Assembly (NCBI GenBank): GCA_963820825.1
Contig: CAWGBN010000007.1
Coordinates: 32,001-96,000 of the forward strand
DNA from: Vulcanimicrobiota bacterium
GTDB lineage: Bacteria > Vulcanimicrobiota > Vulcanimicrobiia > Vulcanimicrobiales > Vulcanimicrobiaceae
Direction: 5' to 3'
Length of the DNA stretch: 64,000 nucleotides
Below, piece after piece: positions 9,411 through 22,808 of this stretch. The notes beneath the pieces are model-generated. The model ran no database searches. It was not told the DNA's origin and was given only the letters and a program-made list of their open reading frames with translations. The stretch's first letter is position 1; each line of letters begins with the position of its first letter. A program made the position numbers and the translations under genes.

Positions 9411-9438
9411 AAGAGGCCCCGCATCGCTGCGGGGCCTT
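9411..9438 (-). terminator. Probable rpoC terminator hairpin
   Basis: AGGCCCCGCA-TCGC-TGCGGGGCCT stem; weak U tract on the minus strand. Confidence 0.55.
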
Positions 9439-9446
9439 CGCCTTCG

Positions 9447-9506
9447 TCCTTCGACTCCGCGCTTGCGGCGCTTCGCTCAGGATGACACCGTGCTGATGAC
9501 ACCGTG

Positions 9507-9508
<2 letters not shown>
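9447..9508. repeat. REP-like repeat plus a 14-bp tandem duplication reaching the rpoC stop codon
   Basis: TCCTTCGACTCCGC...CGCTCAGGATGACAC; GATGACACCGTGCT at 9481-9494 and 9495-9508. Confidence 0.8.
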
Positions 9509-13298
<3,790 letters not shown>

Positions 13299-13328
13299 GA
13301 GTCGAATTCCTCAACGTTGCCCCCGACG

Positions 13329-13353
13329 GTGTCACCCTGAGCTTGTCGAAGGG
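13329..13353. repeat. REP-like repeat in the rpoC leader, opposite orientation to the 9447 copy
   Basis: GTGTCACCCTGAGCTTGTCGAAGGG matches the reverse complement of the family consensus. Confidence 0.7.
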
Positions 13354-13507
13354 GCGCCGTAGCTTACGCAGGGAAGTCGCGTCTCACGTCGTCACGTAAG
13401 GGTTCCCACCGTCGCCGCCGGCACGGGGCACAGTCCGATAGTTTACCATAGCCGCGCAACCGTGTCACGCCCAGATTCCTCAAAGCAAGGCTGGGTACGA
13501 CCTCTCC

Positions 13508-14011
13508 ATGAGAATAGGAATCGTAGGCTCTGATGACCGCGCGAAGGCAATCGGCCGCCTTCTTCGTAGCGGGGGCCACCAACTCACCTTTGCCGATCCC
13601 AGCGCCCAGGAACGCGCCAAGCAGGCGGCGGCCGAACTCGGCGCCCGCGCCGAGATACCCTACCGGCAGGCCATGCGCGCCGAACTGCTCATGCTTGCGG
13701 TCCCCCGCCAAGAAGTCGACCGCGCCGTACAGGCCGTCGGCTCGGGCGTCGGCGCGGTGATCGTTGACGCCATCGAGGCGGAACGTGGCAACGGTGCGCA
13801 CAGCGGCGCCGAGATGCTCGCCGCCAAGCTGGATTCACACCGCGTTGTCCGCGCGCTGATCAACATGCCGCAGCAAGGCGCGAATATTCCGATCTGCGGA
13901 GACGACCCGACATCCAAAGGTCTGGTCGATCGTGCGCTCCACTCGTGCGGCTGCGTCACGACCGACCGCGGGCCTCTCGCCAATGCGACGGAGCTCGAAG
14001 CTCCCGTCTAA
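13508..14011 (+). CDS. NAD(P)-binding Rossmann protein, F420-dependent NADP oxidoreductase-like (divergent)
   Basis: MRIGIVGS, SGAEMLA, VVRA, ICGDD, DRGPLANA; the glycine-rich loop is degenerate. Confidence 0.7.
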   Translation: MRIGIVGSDDRAKAIGRLLRSGGHQLTFADPSAQERAKQAAAELGARAEIPYRQAMRAELLMLAVPRQEVDRAVQAVGSGVGAVIVDAIEAERGNGAHSGAEMLAAKLDSHRVVRALINMPQQGANIPICGDDPTSKGLVDRALHSCGCVTTDRGPLANATELEAPV

Positions 14012-14023
14012 GAACGCCTCCGC

Positions 14024-14254
14024 TTAAGAAGAACGCTTCCGCTTCGGGACTTTAGCCCCGGAGCGGCGCGCTTCGCTCAAACCGATCGCAATCGCTTGCT
14101 TTCGGCTTTTTACTTTCTTTCCGGAGCGCCCCGACTTGAGCTCGCCGCGCTTCATCTCGTGCATCGCACGCTTCACCTTGCGCCCGGCCGTGGGGCCGTA
14201 TTTCCGGGTGCTCTTCTTCTTGCGCGTGCTCGCGCTCTTCTTGCGTGCCGCCAT
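14024..14254 (-). CDS. Small basic protein (DUF6496-like)
   Basis: KVKRAMHEMKRGELKSG...SRKQAIAIGLSEAR; TAATG overlap with the upstream ORF. Confidence 0.8.
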   Translation of the reverse strand: MAARKKSASTRKKKSTRKYGPTAGRKVKRAMHEMKRGELKSGRSGKKVKSRKQAIAIGLSEARRSGAKVPKRKRSS

Positions 14255-14412
14255 TACGTCCGCAGCCCCCGTCCGGTGAGCAGATTTACGACGATGAGGA
14301 TGACCGCGACGAGCAAGATCAGGTGAATGAGACCGCCCAGGTGAAACGCCATGAACCCAAGCAGCCAGAGGATGAAGAGTATCACGATGATTGCCCAGAG
14401 TATGCCTGCCAA
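14254..14412 (-). CDS. Small membrane protein (lmo0937/DUF5670-like), absent from the ORF track
   Basis: TTG start after GGAGG; AGILWAIIVILFILWLLGFMAFHLGGLIHLILLVAVILIVVNLLTGR. Confidence 0.85.
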   Translation of the reverse strand: MAGILWAIIVILFILWLLGFMAFHLGGLIHLILLVAVILIVVNLLTGRGLRT

Positions 14413-14498
14413 ATTTGCCTCCTACTTCAGCGTGCGGCCTATCGTATGCCGCCCTTCGTTGCAAGCGTTCTTCCCCAAAAGTGGCGGCATCGAATCAG

Positions 14499-15191
14499 CT
14501 ACAGGTCGAAGTAACTCGCACAAATCGGGTAGCATTCACAGGCGAATGCTTCGAGACGCGCGCGATCGGTGATGCGCACCTCGCCGCGTCCGCTCTCCAG
14601 ACAACCGGCTTCGCGCAGCGACGTCAACACGGCCGTCACGGTAGGCCGCTGGACGCCGAGCATCATACTCAATCGCTCGTGCGTCATCGGAAACTCGAGA
14701 ATCCGCGTGCGGTCGACCGTCATCAAGAACCAGCGCGCGCAGCGCTGCTCCACGCGGTGCAGGCGATTGCACGCGATCAGCTGTGCGAGCATCGAGCAAT
14801 ACCCGCCCGCATAATGCAGCAGCGCGGTTTGAAGCCCTTCGTCGTCCTTCACCGCCTTGCGTACCGTGGCGACCGGCGCTGCGAACGCCGTGCCCGGCAT
14901 TTGGCACACGTGCCGCGCCGAGGCGGCGCCGCCGTTGCGCAGAATCGCGTCGAGTCCCGCCACGCCCTCGCGGCCGGCCATCCCAACCTCGGCGGCCGAA
15001 CCGTCCTGCATCACTTGAATGATCGATACCACGGACGAGAGCGGAAAGAAGAGCCGCTCGATTTTGGCGCCCGCTTCGTAGAGCACGTGGCCGTCGCCGA
15101 AGGTAATGGGCTCGAGCGCACGAGAAAGAGTGCTTCCCCGCTCTCTCGAGAGCTTTGAAAGGACCTGGTTGGTATGGTCGATCAGTTGCAC
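14499..15191 (-). CDS. Crp/Fnr family transcriptional regulator
   Basis: AEVGMAGREG, ACNRLHRVEQRCARW, THERLSMMLGVQRPTVT, ACECY; GTG at 15191. Confidence 0.9.
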   Translation of the reverse strand: MQLIDHTNQVLSKLSRERGSTLSRALEPITFGDGHVLYEAGAKIERLFFPLSSVVSIIQVMQDGSAAEVGMAGREGVAGLDAILRNGGAASARHVCQMPGTAFAAPVATVRKAVKDDEGLQTALLHYAGGYCSMLAQLIACNRLHRVEQRCARWFLMTVDRTRILEFPMTHERLSMMLGVQRPTVTAVLTSLREAGCLESGRGEVRITDRARLEAFACECYPICASYFDL

Positions 15192-15219
15192 GCAAGCTAG
15201 GTTTCCCAACCGGCTGCCA

Positions 15220-17613
15220 ATGAAACGACTAAACGAGCGAGAGCTATCGCCGGCCGCTGCGCAGCGCGCGCTACACTCCATTCGCGCGGTCATGGCTCGC
15301 ACGTGCGACGCGGTCTGGCAGGCCGATGCGGGCGGCGCGATCACCGGCATTACCCCCTGTCGTCCCAGCGAGCCCAGCGGAGAGGGCGCGCTCGAAGAGG
15401 GCGAGGTACAGCGCGTTGAGCAGCTCTGGCGCCGCTGCGTCCGCTGCGCCGAGCGCTTCAACGCGGTCTACCACGCCTACACCGCCGGCATCTCGCCGCG
15501 CACCTTCGCCCTGACGGCCGTCCCGGTGCTCGACAATCGCGACGCCGTGCTCTACTGGTCGGGCACGGCCACCGAGGTCGCTCGCTCTGCCGATCCAGGT
15601 AACCAGTTCATCTCGGAAGCGGCGGCGATGCTCTCGTCGTCGCTCAGCCGGGTAACGATCGTCAATCGGCTGCTCGAAACGTCGGTCGAGCATTTTAGCG
15701 ATTTTGCCGCCGTTCATCGCGTCGAGAGCGATGGAACAATCCATCTCGAGGCCACCGCCGATCGGCGCAAGCAGATCTCCCGCGCGAGCGCCGCGCTCGA
15801 AAAAGCGGTGGGAGAGGTGATCCGCACGCGACAACCGCTGCTGCTCTCCGCTCCGCTGCACGCCCTTGAAGCCGGCGCGCGTTCGATGATCGTTATTCCG
15901 CTCTTCGCCGGGACTCATGCGTTCGGCGCGCTGAGCTTCGTCGAATCCGAGCGCGCTTCCAGTTTCGCCGCGCACGACGTCAACGTCGCCGCGATCGTCG
16001 CGCGCCAGCTCACGATGGCGCTCGAAAACATCAAGACATTCGAACGCGAGCGCGAGATCACCGAGCGCTTTCGCTTCATCGCTCGCGTCACCGAAAAACT
16101 CTTCGATACGCTCGATACCGCTCAAACGCTGCAGTTGGTCGTCGAAGGGCTCCACGGCGGCTTCGCCGATCAAGCCGTTGCCGCAACCCTGACCGAGGGC
16201 AACTTGCGAATCGTCGCGGCGGCGGGAACGAAGGCGCGATTTCGCGAGGGCTCCGAACGCAAGATCGTGGCTGCTTTGCGCGAACGGCGCGCGATTCGCA
16301 GCGATGCCGTCGGTCGAATGGGTCCGCTTTTGGACCCCGAGCACCCGCGCTCGTGGATGATGGTGCCGCTCTTCACCGGTGACACGGTCTTCGGGGCGAT
16401 CGTCGTCTGTTCGAGCGCCCAGTACTACGACTCCGGCGAACTCGAGCTCCTCCAAGAGATCGGCCGGCGGACGTCGCTGGCGTTGGATCACGCGGAGAGC
16501 TTTGCCCGCGAGCGCCGCCTCATCCAAACACTGCAGCAGGCGACGCTGCCGGTGCGATTGGCGCAGATCGAGGGAGCCTCGCTGAGCGCGGTCTATCGTC
16601 CCGCCGCGTATGAAGTTCAGGTCGGCGGGGATTGGTACGACGCGTTCGACCTCGACGACCATCGCATACTGCTGACGGTTGGTGACGTGACCGGGCACGG
16701 ACTCGAGGCGTCGATCGTCATGGGCAAGCTCCGCCACGCGATCAACGTCGTGGCGATGTATGAGCCCGATCCGGTGCGCATTCTCGATGCCGCCGAGCGG
16801 ATTCTGGTGCGCCGGTTTCCCGGCTCCGTAGCGACCGCATTCGTCGCAGTCTTCGACTCGCGTCGCCGCACCGTGACCTATGCAAACGCCGGGCACCCGT
16901 ATCCGCTTCTCCGCCGAAACGACGGATCGCTCAAAGAGCTCGAAGCCGACGGCCTGCCGATCGGACTGCGCCACGTCCGTCCGAACGTCGCGTCGGTTAC
17001 GGAATCCCTCGCCGATGCATCCTTGATCGCGCTCTACACCGACGGCTTGACCGAGGCCACTCGCGATATGTTCGCGGGCGAGCGTCTCCTGCGAGAAGCC
17101 GTGAGCAGCGACGCGATCTTCTACGTCGAGAGTCCCGCCCTGTTCGTCGAGAAGTTCTGCATGCGCGAGCCATCGCGCGATGATGTCGCGGTGCTCATCG
17201 TGAACTTCGTCGAATCGCAGCGCTGGACGTTCGATTCGAGCAACTGGCGCGCCGCGCGCCGCGCGCGCCGCGAGTTCGCCGAGAGCCTTGCGAGCGCGGC
17301 CGAGCCCGAGGCCGACCTCCGGGCGGCAGAGCTTATCTTCGGAGAACTAGCGGCGAACGTCGCACAGCACGCCGGCGGGCCTATCGAGGCCGCGCTCGAG
17401 TGGCGCGGCACCCACGCCGTGCTCCACATCACCGATCGCGGCGAAGGATACGCATCGACCAAGCGCAAGGCCGCCGATCTGCTCACCGAAAGTGGGCGCG
17501 GTCTCTGGCTCGTTCAGCGCCTCGGCGCGCAGTTGAGTGTCGAAGTGCTCCCCGGCTTCGGCACCCACGTTCGCGCCGAGCTGCCCATCAAGCGCCCGAG
17601 TAACGTCAGGTAG
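15220..17613 (+). CDS. GAF + SpoIIE (PP2C) phosphatase + C-terminal RsbW-like HATPase
   Basis: VGGDWYD, GDVTGHG, NAGHP, YTDGL, RDDVA; ELAANVAQH, DRGEG, ESGRGLWLV. Confidence 0.92.
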   Translation: MKRLNERELSPAAAQRALHSIRAVMARTCDAVWQADAGGAITGITPCRPSEPSGEGALEEGEVQRVEQLWRRCVRCAERFNAVYHAYTAGISPRTFALTAVPVLDNRDAVLYWSGTATEVARSADPGNQFISEAAAMLSSSLSRVTIVNRLLETSVEHFSDFAAVHRVESDGTIHLEATADRRKQISRASAALEKAVGEVIRTRQPLLLSAPLHALEAGARSMIVIPLFAGTHAFGALSFVESERASSFAAHDVNVAAIVARQLTMALENIKTFEREREITERFRFIARVTEKLFDTLDTAQTLQLVVEGLHGGFADQAVAATLTEGNLRIVAAAGTKARFREGSERKIVAALRERRAIRSDAVGRMGPLLDPEHPRSWMMVPLFTGDTVFGAIVVCSSAQYYDSGELELLQEIGRRTSLALDHAESFARERRLIQTLQQATLPVRLAQIEGASLSAVYRPAAYEVQVGGDWYDAFDLDDHRILLTVGDVTGHGLEASIVMGKLRHAINVVAMYEPDPVRILDAAERILVRRFPGSVATAFVAVFDSRRRTVTYANAGHPYPLLRRNDGSLKELEADGLPIGLRHVRPNVASVTESLADASLIALYTDGLTEATRDMFAGERLLREAVSSDAIFYVESPALFVEKFCMREPSRDDVAVLIVNFVESQRWTFDSSNWRAARRARREFAESLASAAEPEADLRAAELIFGELAANVAQHAGGPIEAALEWRGTHAVLHITDRGEGYASTKRKAADLLTESGRGLWLVQRLGAQLSVEVLPGFGTHVRAELPIKRPSNVR

Positions 17614-17654
17614 CTGACCGACCAAACAGGCTCTGTTCGGGTAACCTCCCATCC

Positions 17655-17948
17655 ATGAGGGAGCTTAATGATGCCGCCGCGTCTCACCATATTGAGCTCG
17701 CCGGCGAGTACGATCTCGCGCGCAAGCCGGAGCTCGCAGCCGCGTTTGCGCCGATTACCCCGGGGACTCTGGTAACCATCGACATGCGAGCGGTCAGCTA
17801 CGTCGACTCGAGCTTTCTCACCGAGCTCGTCGCCATGCGCTTGCGTCTCCAGGAACGTTCGGTCACCCTGATCGGCGCGCAACCCAGCGTCGTTCGCGTC
17901 ATGCAGCTCGCGAAACTCGACCGCTTCTTCACCTTTCAGCGTGGGTAA
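17655..17948 (+). CDS. STAS domain anti-sigma factor antagonist
   Basis: GEYDL and IDMRAVSYVDSS phospho-Ser motif. Confidence 0.88.
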   Translation: MRELNDAAASHHIELAGEYDLARKPELAAAFAPITPGTLVTIDMRAVSYVDSSFLTELVAMRLRLQERSVTLIGAQPSVVRVMQLAKLDRFFTFQRG

Positions 17949-17957
17949 GCTCGCAAC

Positions 17958-18350
17958 ATGAGAACCACTTGGAAGCCGCACGAGAAACATGGGCGTCTAA
18001 CGCGCCAAAGCGATCTCCCCGATAGCGTCTACGCCTTTCCGAAGGAGCGCAAAGAGCCGTTGACCGACGCGCGACACGTTCGCAACGCGGTCGCGCGCTT
18101 CGACCAAGTGACCGGCGTATCCGACGCCGATCGCGAGCTCGCCTTCGCCAACATCAAGAAGGCTGCGCGCCACTACGGAATAGACATCTCCGAAACCTCG
18201 TCGCAGGAATTGGGCGAGCATCCGCAGGCCCATCGCAAGCAGAGCGCGCGCAAGGGTGTGGCGACGCGCAAACGCACCGGCGTTGCGAAGAAGGCGGCGC
18301 GCAAGGGTGCGGCGACTCGCAAAGCAGCGGCAACTCGAAAGCGGCGGTAA
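17958..18350 (+). CDS. Conserved small stress-associated protein (DUF6582-like) with Lys/Ala-rich tail
   Basis: LPDSVYAFPKERKEPLTDARHVRNAVARFDQV. Confidence 0.75.
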   Translation: MRTTWKPHEKHGRLTRQSDLPDSVYAFPKERKEPLTDARHVRNAVARFDQVTGVSDADRELAFANIKKAARHYGIDISETSSQELGEHPQAHRKQSARKGVATRKRTGVAKKAARKGAATRKAAATRKRR

Positions 18351-18369
18351 TCTGGGTATACGTGCTCGC

Positions 18370-18918
18370 ATGAGCACGTTAGAAGGAACACGAATCGCCG
18401 TTCTCGCTACCGACGGTTTTGAAGAGAGCGAGCTGACGCAGCCCGTGCAGGCACTTCGCGAATCGGGCGCGACCGTCGAGGTCGTCTCGCAGAAGCGCGA
18501 GCCGATTCAGGGGTTCACGCACCACGACAAGAGCATCACGGTTGACGTCGATCTCACCCTCGATGAGGCCGACCCGGGCCGTTACGACGCGGTCCTGCTG
18601 CCCGGCGGAGCGCTTAACGCCGATGCAATGCGCGGCGATGCGAAAGCGCAGCGCTTCGTTCGACGCATGGACGCCGAGGGCAAGCCGATGGCCGTCATCT
18701 GCCACGCGCCGTGGCTGCTGGTCTCGGCGGGTCTCGCGCGCGGCCGCACCCTGACGAGCTGGCCGACCATTGCAGACGACGTCCGCAATGCCGGCGGAGA
18801 GTGGGTCGATCGCGAGGTCGTGGTGGACGAAAATCTGGTGACGAGCCGCGGACCACGCGATATTCCGGCATTCAACAAAGCCATCGGCGAACTGATCGGC
18901 TCGGACGGCGCGCGTTGA
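18370..18918 (+). CDS. PfpI/DJ-1 family protein
   Basis: ATDGFEESE, LPGG, AVICHAPW, NLVTSRGP; ATG at 18370. Confidence 0.92.
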   Translation: MSTLEGTRIAVLATDGFEESELTQPVQALRESGATVEVVSQKREPIQGFTHHDKSITVDVDLTLDEADPGRYDAVLLPGGALNADAMRGDAKAQRFVRRMDAEGKPMAVICHAPWLLVSAGLARGRTLTSWPTIADDVRNAGGEWVDREVVVDENLVTSRGPRDIPAFNKAIGELIGSDGAR

Positions 18919-19538
18919 GCGCAGCGGAGTATCTCCCGGCGCGCCTCTCGCTCAAGACCTTGCGCGAAAGCGCACGCAGCTGCCACGGATGCGAGCTCTA
19001 CCGCTACGCAACGCAGACGGTCTTCGGCGAAGGCCCTGCCCGAGCGCGGATGATGTTCGTGGGCGAGCAACCCGGCGATAGCGAAGACCTTGCCGGCCGC
19101 CCGTTCGTCGGTCCGGCCGGAAAGCTGCTGCATCGGGCGATGGACGAAGCCGGAATCGAAGCCGGCGACGTCTACGTTACGAACGCCGTCAAGCACTTTA
19201 AGTTCGTCGAGCGCGGCAAACGGCGCATCCACGCCAAACCGAAAAAGATCGAAATCCGGGCGTGCAAGCCGTGGCTCGAGGCCGAGATCCGCGTCGTCCG
19301 TCCGGGCCTGATCGTCGCGCTCGGTGCGACTGCCGCGCAGTCGCTTCTCGGCAGCGGCTTTCGTCTGCTCGCCAATCGCGGGCGGATCGTCAGCGGCGAG
19401 TTCGCGAACGCCGTCTTCCCGACGATTCACCCATCGGTGATTCTGCGCGCGCCCGACGACCGCACGCGACACCGCGAGATGGGCAAGTTCGTCGAGGATT
19501 TGAAAGCCGCACGCGCCGCGCTGAGCACCGCGGTATAG
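18915..19538 (+). CDS. udgX: UdgX family uracil-DNA glycosylase/binding protein
   Basis: CHGCELY Fe-S cysteines, GEQPG, TNAVKHFKF, diagnostic KRRIH loop, TIHPS. Confidence 0.9.
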   Translation: MSAAEYLPARLSLKTLRESARSCHGCELYRYATQTVFGEGPARARMMFVGEQPGDSEDLAGRPFVGPAGKLLHRAMDEAGIEAGDVYVTNAVKHFKFVERGKRRIHAKPKKIEIRACKPWLEAEIRVVRPGLIVALGATAAQSLLGSGFRLLANRGRIVSGEFANAVFPTIHPSVILRAPDDRTRHREMGKFVEDLKAARAALSTAV

Positions 19539-19550
19539 CAGACGGCCGTT

Positions 19551-19781
19551 ATGACATTGCAGCCCGGCGAGGCGAGTGGTCCCTTCGGCAACGAACACCC
19601 CGAGAGCGAGCAGGTGCTCTTCGTGCACGAACGCACCGTCCAAGCGCAGATCGGCGACGAGACCTTCGAGATGCGCGCCGGTGGGAGCGCGATCGTCCCC
19701 AGAGGCACAGCGCATCGGTTTGTCAACCGCTCGCCGCAGCGAGCGCTGACCTTTAACGTCTACGCGCCGAAAGCGTACTGA
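19551..19781 (+). CDS. Cupin domain protein, apparently N-terminally short
   Basis: NEHPESEQVLFV, PRGTAHRF, NVYAPKAY. Confidence 0.65.
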   Translation: MTLQPGEASGPFGNEHPESEQVLFVHERTVQAQIGDETFEMRAGGSAIVPRGTAHRFVNRSPQRALTFNVYAPKAY

Positions 19782-20274
19782 GTCCGGCGGCTTCGTGGGG
19801 CGTCATCGCGGTGCGGTCGGGCGCCTCGCGGACGGCGCGAACGTCTTGTTCGGTGGAACCGACGAGATGACGATGCGCGAGCTCGCCGCCCAACCATCCT
19901 GAGATCCCGAGCAAGACGATGCCCAGGGCGGTTAATGCGTAGCCGGCAACCGACGTGTGGTCGAGGAACCGAATCGCGCACGCAAAGCCGAAGATGACGA
20001 CGACGGCAACGTTGAGCGTCATGTGCCACGCCGCGACGCTCTTGGCGCGAATAGTCATCGGCGCGCTCACGTAGTCGACGAAGCCGAAGAACGCCGCGAG
20101 CAACGCCCCGACGATGCCAAAGAGTATCAGCCAAGTGCTCATCTGCGCCCAGAAGACCGGGCCGGCCCAAATCGAGATAATGTCGGAAGCGACGGCGGCA
20201 ACGAAGCAACCGATTGGAATCGTTACCAGCATCGGGTGAAGCGGGTGGCCGCCGAGAGTTGCCTTTCCTTGCAT
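19753..20274 (-). CDS. DUF2231-like membrane protein
   Basis: GHPLHPMLVTIPIG, GFVD, HMTLN, GWLGGELA. Confidence 0.85.
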   Translation of the reverse strand: MQGKATLGGHPLHPMLVTIPIGCFVAAVASDIISIWAGPVFWAQMSTWLILFGIVGALLAAFFGFVDYVSAPMTIRAKSVAAWHMTLNVAVVVIFGFACAIRFLDHTSVAGYALTALGIVLLGISGWLGGELAHRHLVGSTEQDVRAVREAPDRTAMTPHEAAGLSTLSARRR

Positions 20275-20321
20275 AGCCTCTCCCTACCCATCGCTGGGCC
20301 CGCGCAATCGTGCTTTTATCG

Positions 20322-22799
20322 CTACTTCTTTACCCGCTGCAGTTCGATCACGCTGAATCCGCCGGCATCGACGTCGATCGCGAGGCCGCGCTCGAGCGTT
20401 CGTCCGTCGACGTTATCGCGATGCGTCCACTCGCCGAGCAGACTAGTGAAATAGCGCACGTGGTACGTACCGCGGAGCGAACGCGCGAAGCGCAGCGGCG
20501 TCGTGATGGTACGCGACGCCGTGTTCCCCAGGAGGATTACGTAGTTCGCTCCGCGCTGAAGCGCGATCTCGGTAACGTCATCGCCCAGCTGCAGCATCGG
20601 CGTCACGTCGCGATCGTACGCCTCGAGGCACATCTCGGACGCGCATGCGAAGGTCGCGTAGAGCGTCGGTTCGGGCAGGCGCGCCGCAAACCAGGTGAGC
20701 TTCCTGCCGCCCAGCGGAACGTTGCGCGCGCCGAGCCATTTCCACTGCGGCGCTAAGCGCGGATTGCAGGCAAGTTGCCTGCCGCGAATGTCGAGGCCGC
20801 AGGCGCCTTCGATCGCCGACCAGACGTAGCGCGGCGGATACCACGGCGAGAGCATCATGCCTTGATTGGCGAGTGTCTCGCCGTGCAGCCATTCGGAGAA
20901 CTGTCCGGGCACCGTATTGTGCCGCCCCGGATCGCGCGAATAGTGTTGGAAGCTCGTGCCGAGTGCGTAGGCCATCAGCGCCGAGTTGAACCGCGCGGCG
21001 GCCGATGCGAAGAGAAAGGTCATGCCGACCCAAACGCCGCCGAGCAGTCCCCAGCTCCGGGTCGGACTATACTCGATATCGTCGCGCCCGACGGTGCGAA
21101 TCCCGGCTTCCGTCCAAAATCCCGGAACGCTGAGCCGGCTGACGATTCGGGCCGACGTTTCGTGATCGGCGACGCCGAGCAGGACAGGAAAGATCATGTC
21201 GACGGTAACGTTCGAGCAGCGCTGCTCGTCGACGTCGATGTTACGATAGTAAAGACCGGTCTGCGGATCGAGTAAGTGGCGGTTGATCGCCTGGCGCAGC
21301 GCTGCGGCCTCGTGTTCGAAACGCTCGACGTCCTTCTTCTTCCCCAGCGCTTGCGCCATGGCCGCCATCGAAACGAGCGCGCCGTAACACTCCGAGTTCA
21401 CCTCGGTCGATGCCCCCGAAATCCGATAGTCGTCGATGATGTTTCGCCAGCCGACGATTCCCCATTCGGCCGTCTTCGTGGCCGTGCACCAGACCAGCCC
21501 GCGCGCGTCGCGCTGCGAGAGTAGGTAATCCGCGGCCCGCTTCGCCGCCGCGTACGACTCGCGCACGAACGCGATATCGCCGGTCACGCGATAGTGATGG
21601 GCCAACGCCAGGATGACCAGCGGCGTATCGTCGTTGACGTTGAGTCCGTAATCGTTCGCCCTGCCGTTGCGAACGTCGTAGTACTCCACGATCTTCCCGC
21701 TGCGCTCGGCGTGGCGCAGGTACCAGCGCAGCGACTCGCGCGAGAAATCGGGGGTGACGTAATCCGAACCGAAGACGAACGACGCGGTGTCGCGACCGAC
21801 GCTGTTGTTCGAGCGCGTCGGATCGTTCACGAACGACCATCCGGTGGGAGCGTAGAGCTGCGTCCGCAGCATATTCGCCTTCGCCCACAGCACCCCGCGG
21901 TTGACGTTGACGTCGGGCGTTACGACGATCGACTCGGCGAGAACCTTGCCGAAGTGCCGGCGGGTCTGCGCCAACGCCGTCGCCGCACTCGGAGCGGCCG
22001 TAAGGGCGCTGCGCGCACCGCGCGCGCCCTCCGGCGAACCGGTCATCGTGACGAAGAACCGGCGCCGCCCGCCGGGCACCAAGCGATGGCGGTGGTGGAA
22101 GAGCGCGATCGGATTGGCGAGCTCGCGTCCAACCGCGTTCGAAAGCTTTCCGCCGAAATGCGGGCGGCTCAGCTTCCCGTGGTCGCCGGTTACCTCGAAA
22201 CTCGTCGGTGCGAGCGAGATCGCAAGCGCTCGCCCTCGCTCCTGCGACCCGGCGTTCCAGGCGATCGCGGCGCGCAGCGCCCGGTCGTAGCGCACCCGCA
22301 CGTCGCGCGGCGTGTCTCCTCGCAGCAGCGCACCGGTGAGCGAGTCGATCACGCGTGTCTCGTGTGATTCGTTGCGAATCTCGACCATGAGATACGCGGT
22401 CAAAGGATCGACGCGCGGACCGATCGGGAAGCGATTGAGCACGAAGAGCCGCTCCACGATCGTCACGCCCTCGTCAACGCGGTACTCGTACTCCTGAAGA
22501 TGCGGGTGAATCCGGAATCGACCGTCGATTTTGGCGCGCGCCGCTCCGGTCGGCCCGTCCCAAAACTGAATTGCGAGTCCCGCCAGCAGCGTTACCCCGA
22601 GATCGCTGGAGTAAAATTTCTCGAGCGCACCCGACGCCTTGATGACCATCGCGCCCTTTGGGCCCCCGAGCGTGCTGCCGACGGCGAGTTCGGTATCTTG
22701 GATCTCGTAAACCGAGATACGCTCGCCGGAACCAAAGATTCTCGCGGTCACGACGACTTCGTTTGCTTGCTTTGCAGGCGCGCTCCTTCCGAGCGCCAA
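20322..22799 (-). CDS. Six-hairpin glycoside hydrolase-like protein (amylo-alpha-1,6-glucosidase/GDE-like); start uncertain
   Basis: VGRDT, DDTPL, STEVNSECY, FWTEAGIRT, GQFSEW pattern. Confidence 0.7.
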   Translation of the reverse strand: MALGRSAPAKQANEVVVTARIFGSGERISVYEIQDTELAVGSTLGGPKGAMVIKASGALEKFYSSDLGVTLLAGLAIQFWDGPTGAARAKIDGRFRIHPHLQEYEYRVDEGVTIVERLFVLNRFPIGPRVDPLTAYLMVEIRNESHETRVIDSLTGALLRGDTPRDVRVRYDRALRAAIAWNAGSQERGRALAISLAPTSFEVTGDHGKLSRPHFGGKLSNAVGRELANPIALFHHRHRLVPGGRRRFFVTMTGSPEGARGARSALTAAPSAATALAQTRRHFGKVLAESIVVTPDVNVNRGVLWAKANMLRTQLYAPTGWSFVNDPTRSNNSVGRDTASFVFGSDYVTPDFSRESLRWYLRHAERSGKIVEYYDVRNGRANDYGLNVNDDTPLVILALAHHYRVTGDIAFVRESYAAAKRAADYLLSQRDARGLVWCTATKTAEWGIVGWRNIIDDYRISGASTEVNSECYGALVSMAAMAQALGKKKDVERFEHEAAALRQAINRHLLDPQTGLYYRNIDVDEQRCSNVTVDMIFPVLLGVADHETSARIVSRLSVPGFWTEAGIRTVGRDDIEYSPTRSWGLLGGVWVGMTFLFASAAARFNSALMAYALGTSFQHYSRDPGRHNTVPGQFSEWLHGETLANQGMMLSPWYPPRYVWSAIEGACGLDIRGRQLACNPRLAPQWKWLGARNVPLGGRKLTWFAARLPEPTLYATFACASEMCLEAYDRDVTPMLQLGDDVTEIALQRGANYVILLGNTASRTITTPLRFARSLRGTYHVRYFTSLLGEWTHRDNVDGRTLERGLAIDVDAGGFSVIELQRVKK

Positions 22800-22808
22800 T
22801 TGCTCGTC

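Noticed and set aside
9284..9502. 72-aa ORF, and similarly 8087-8371
   Set aside because: These are translations of repeat and terminator DNA (CHPERS...) with no coding support.
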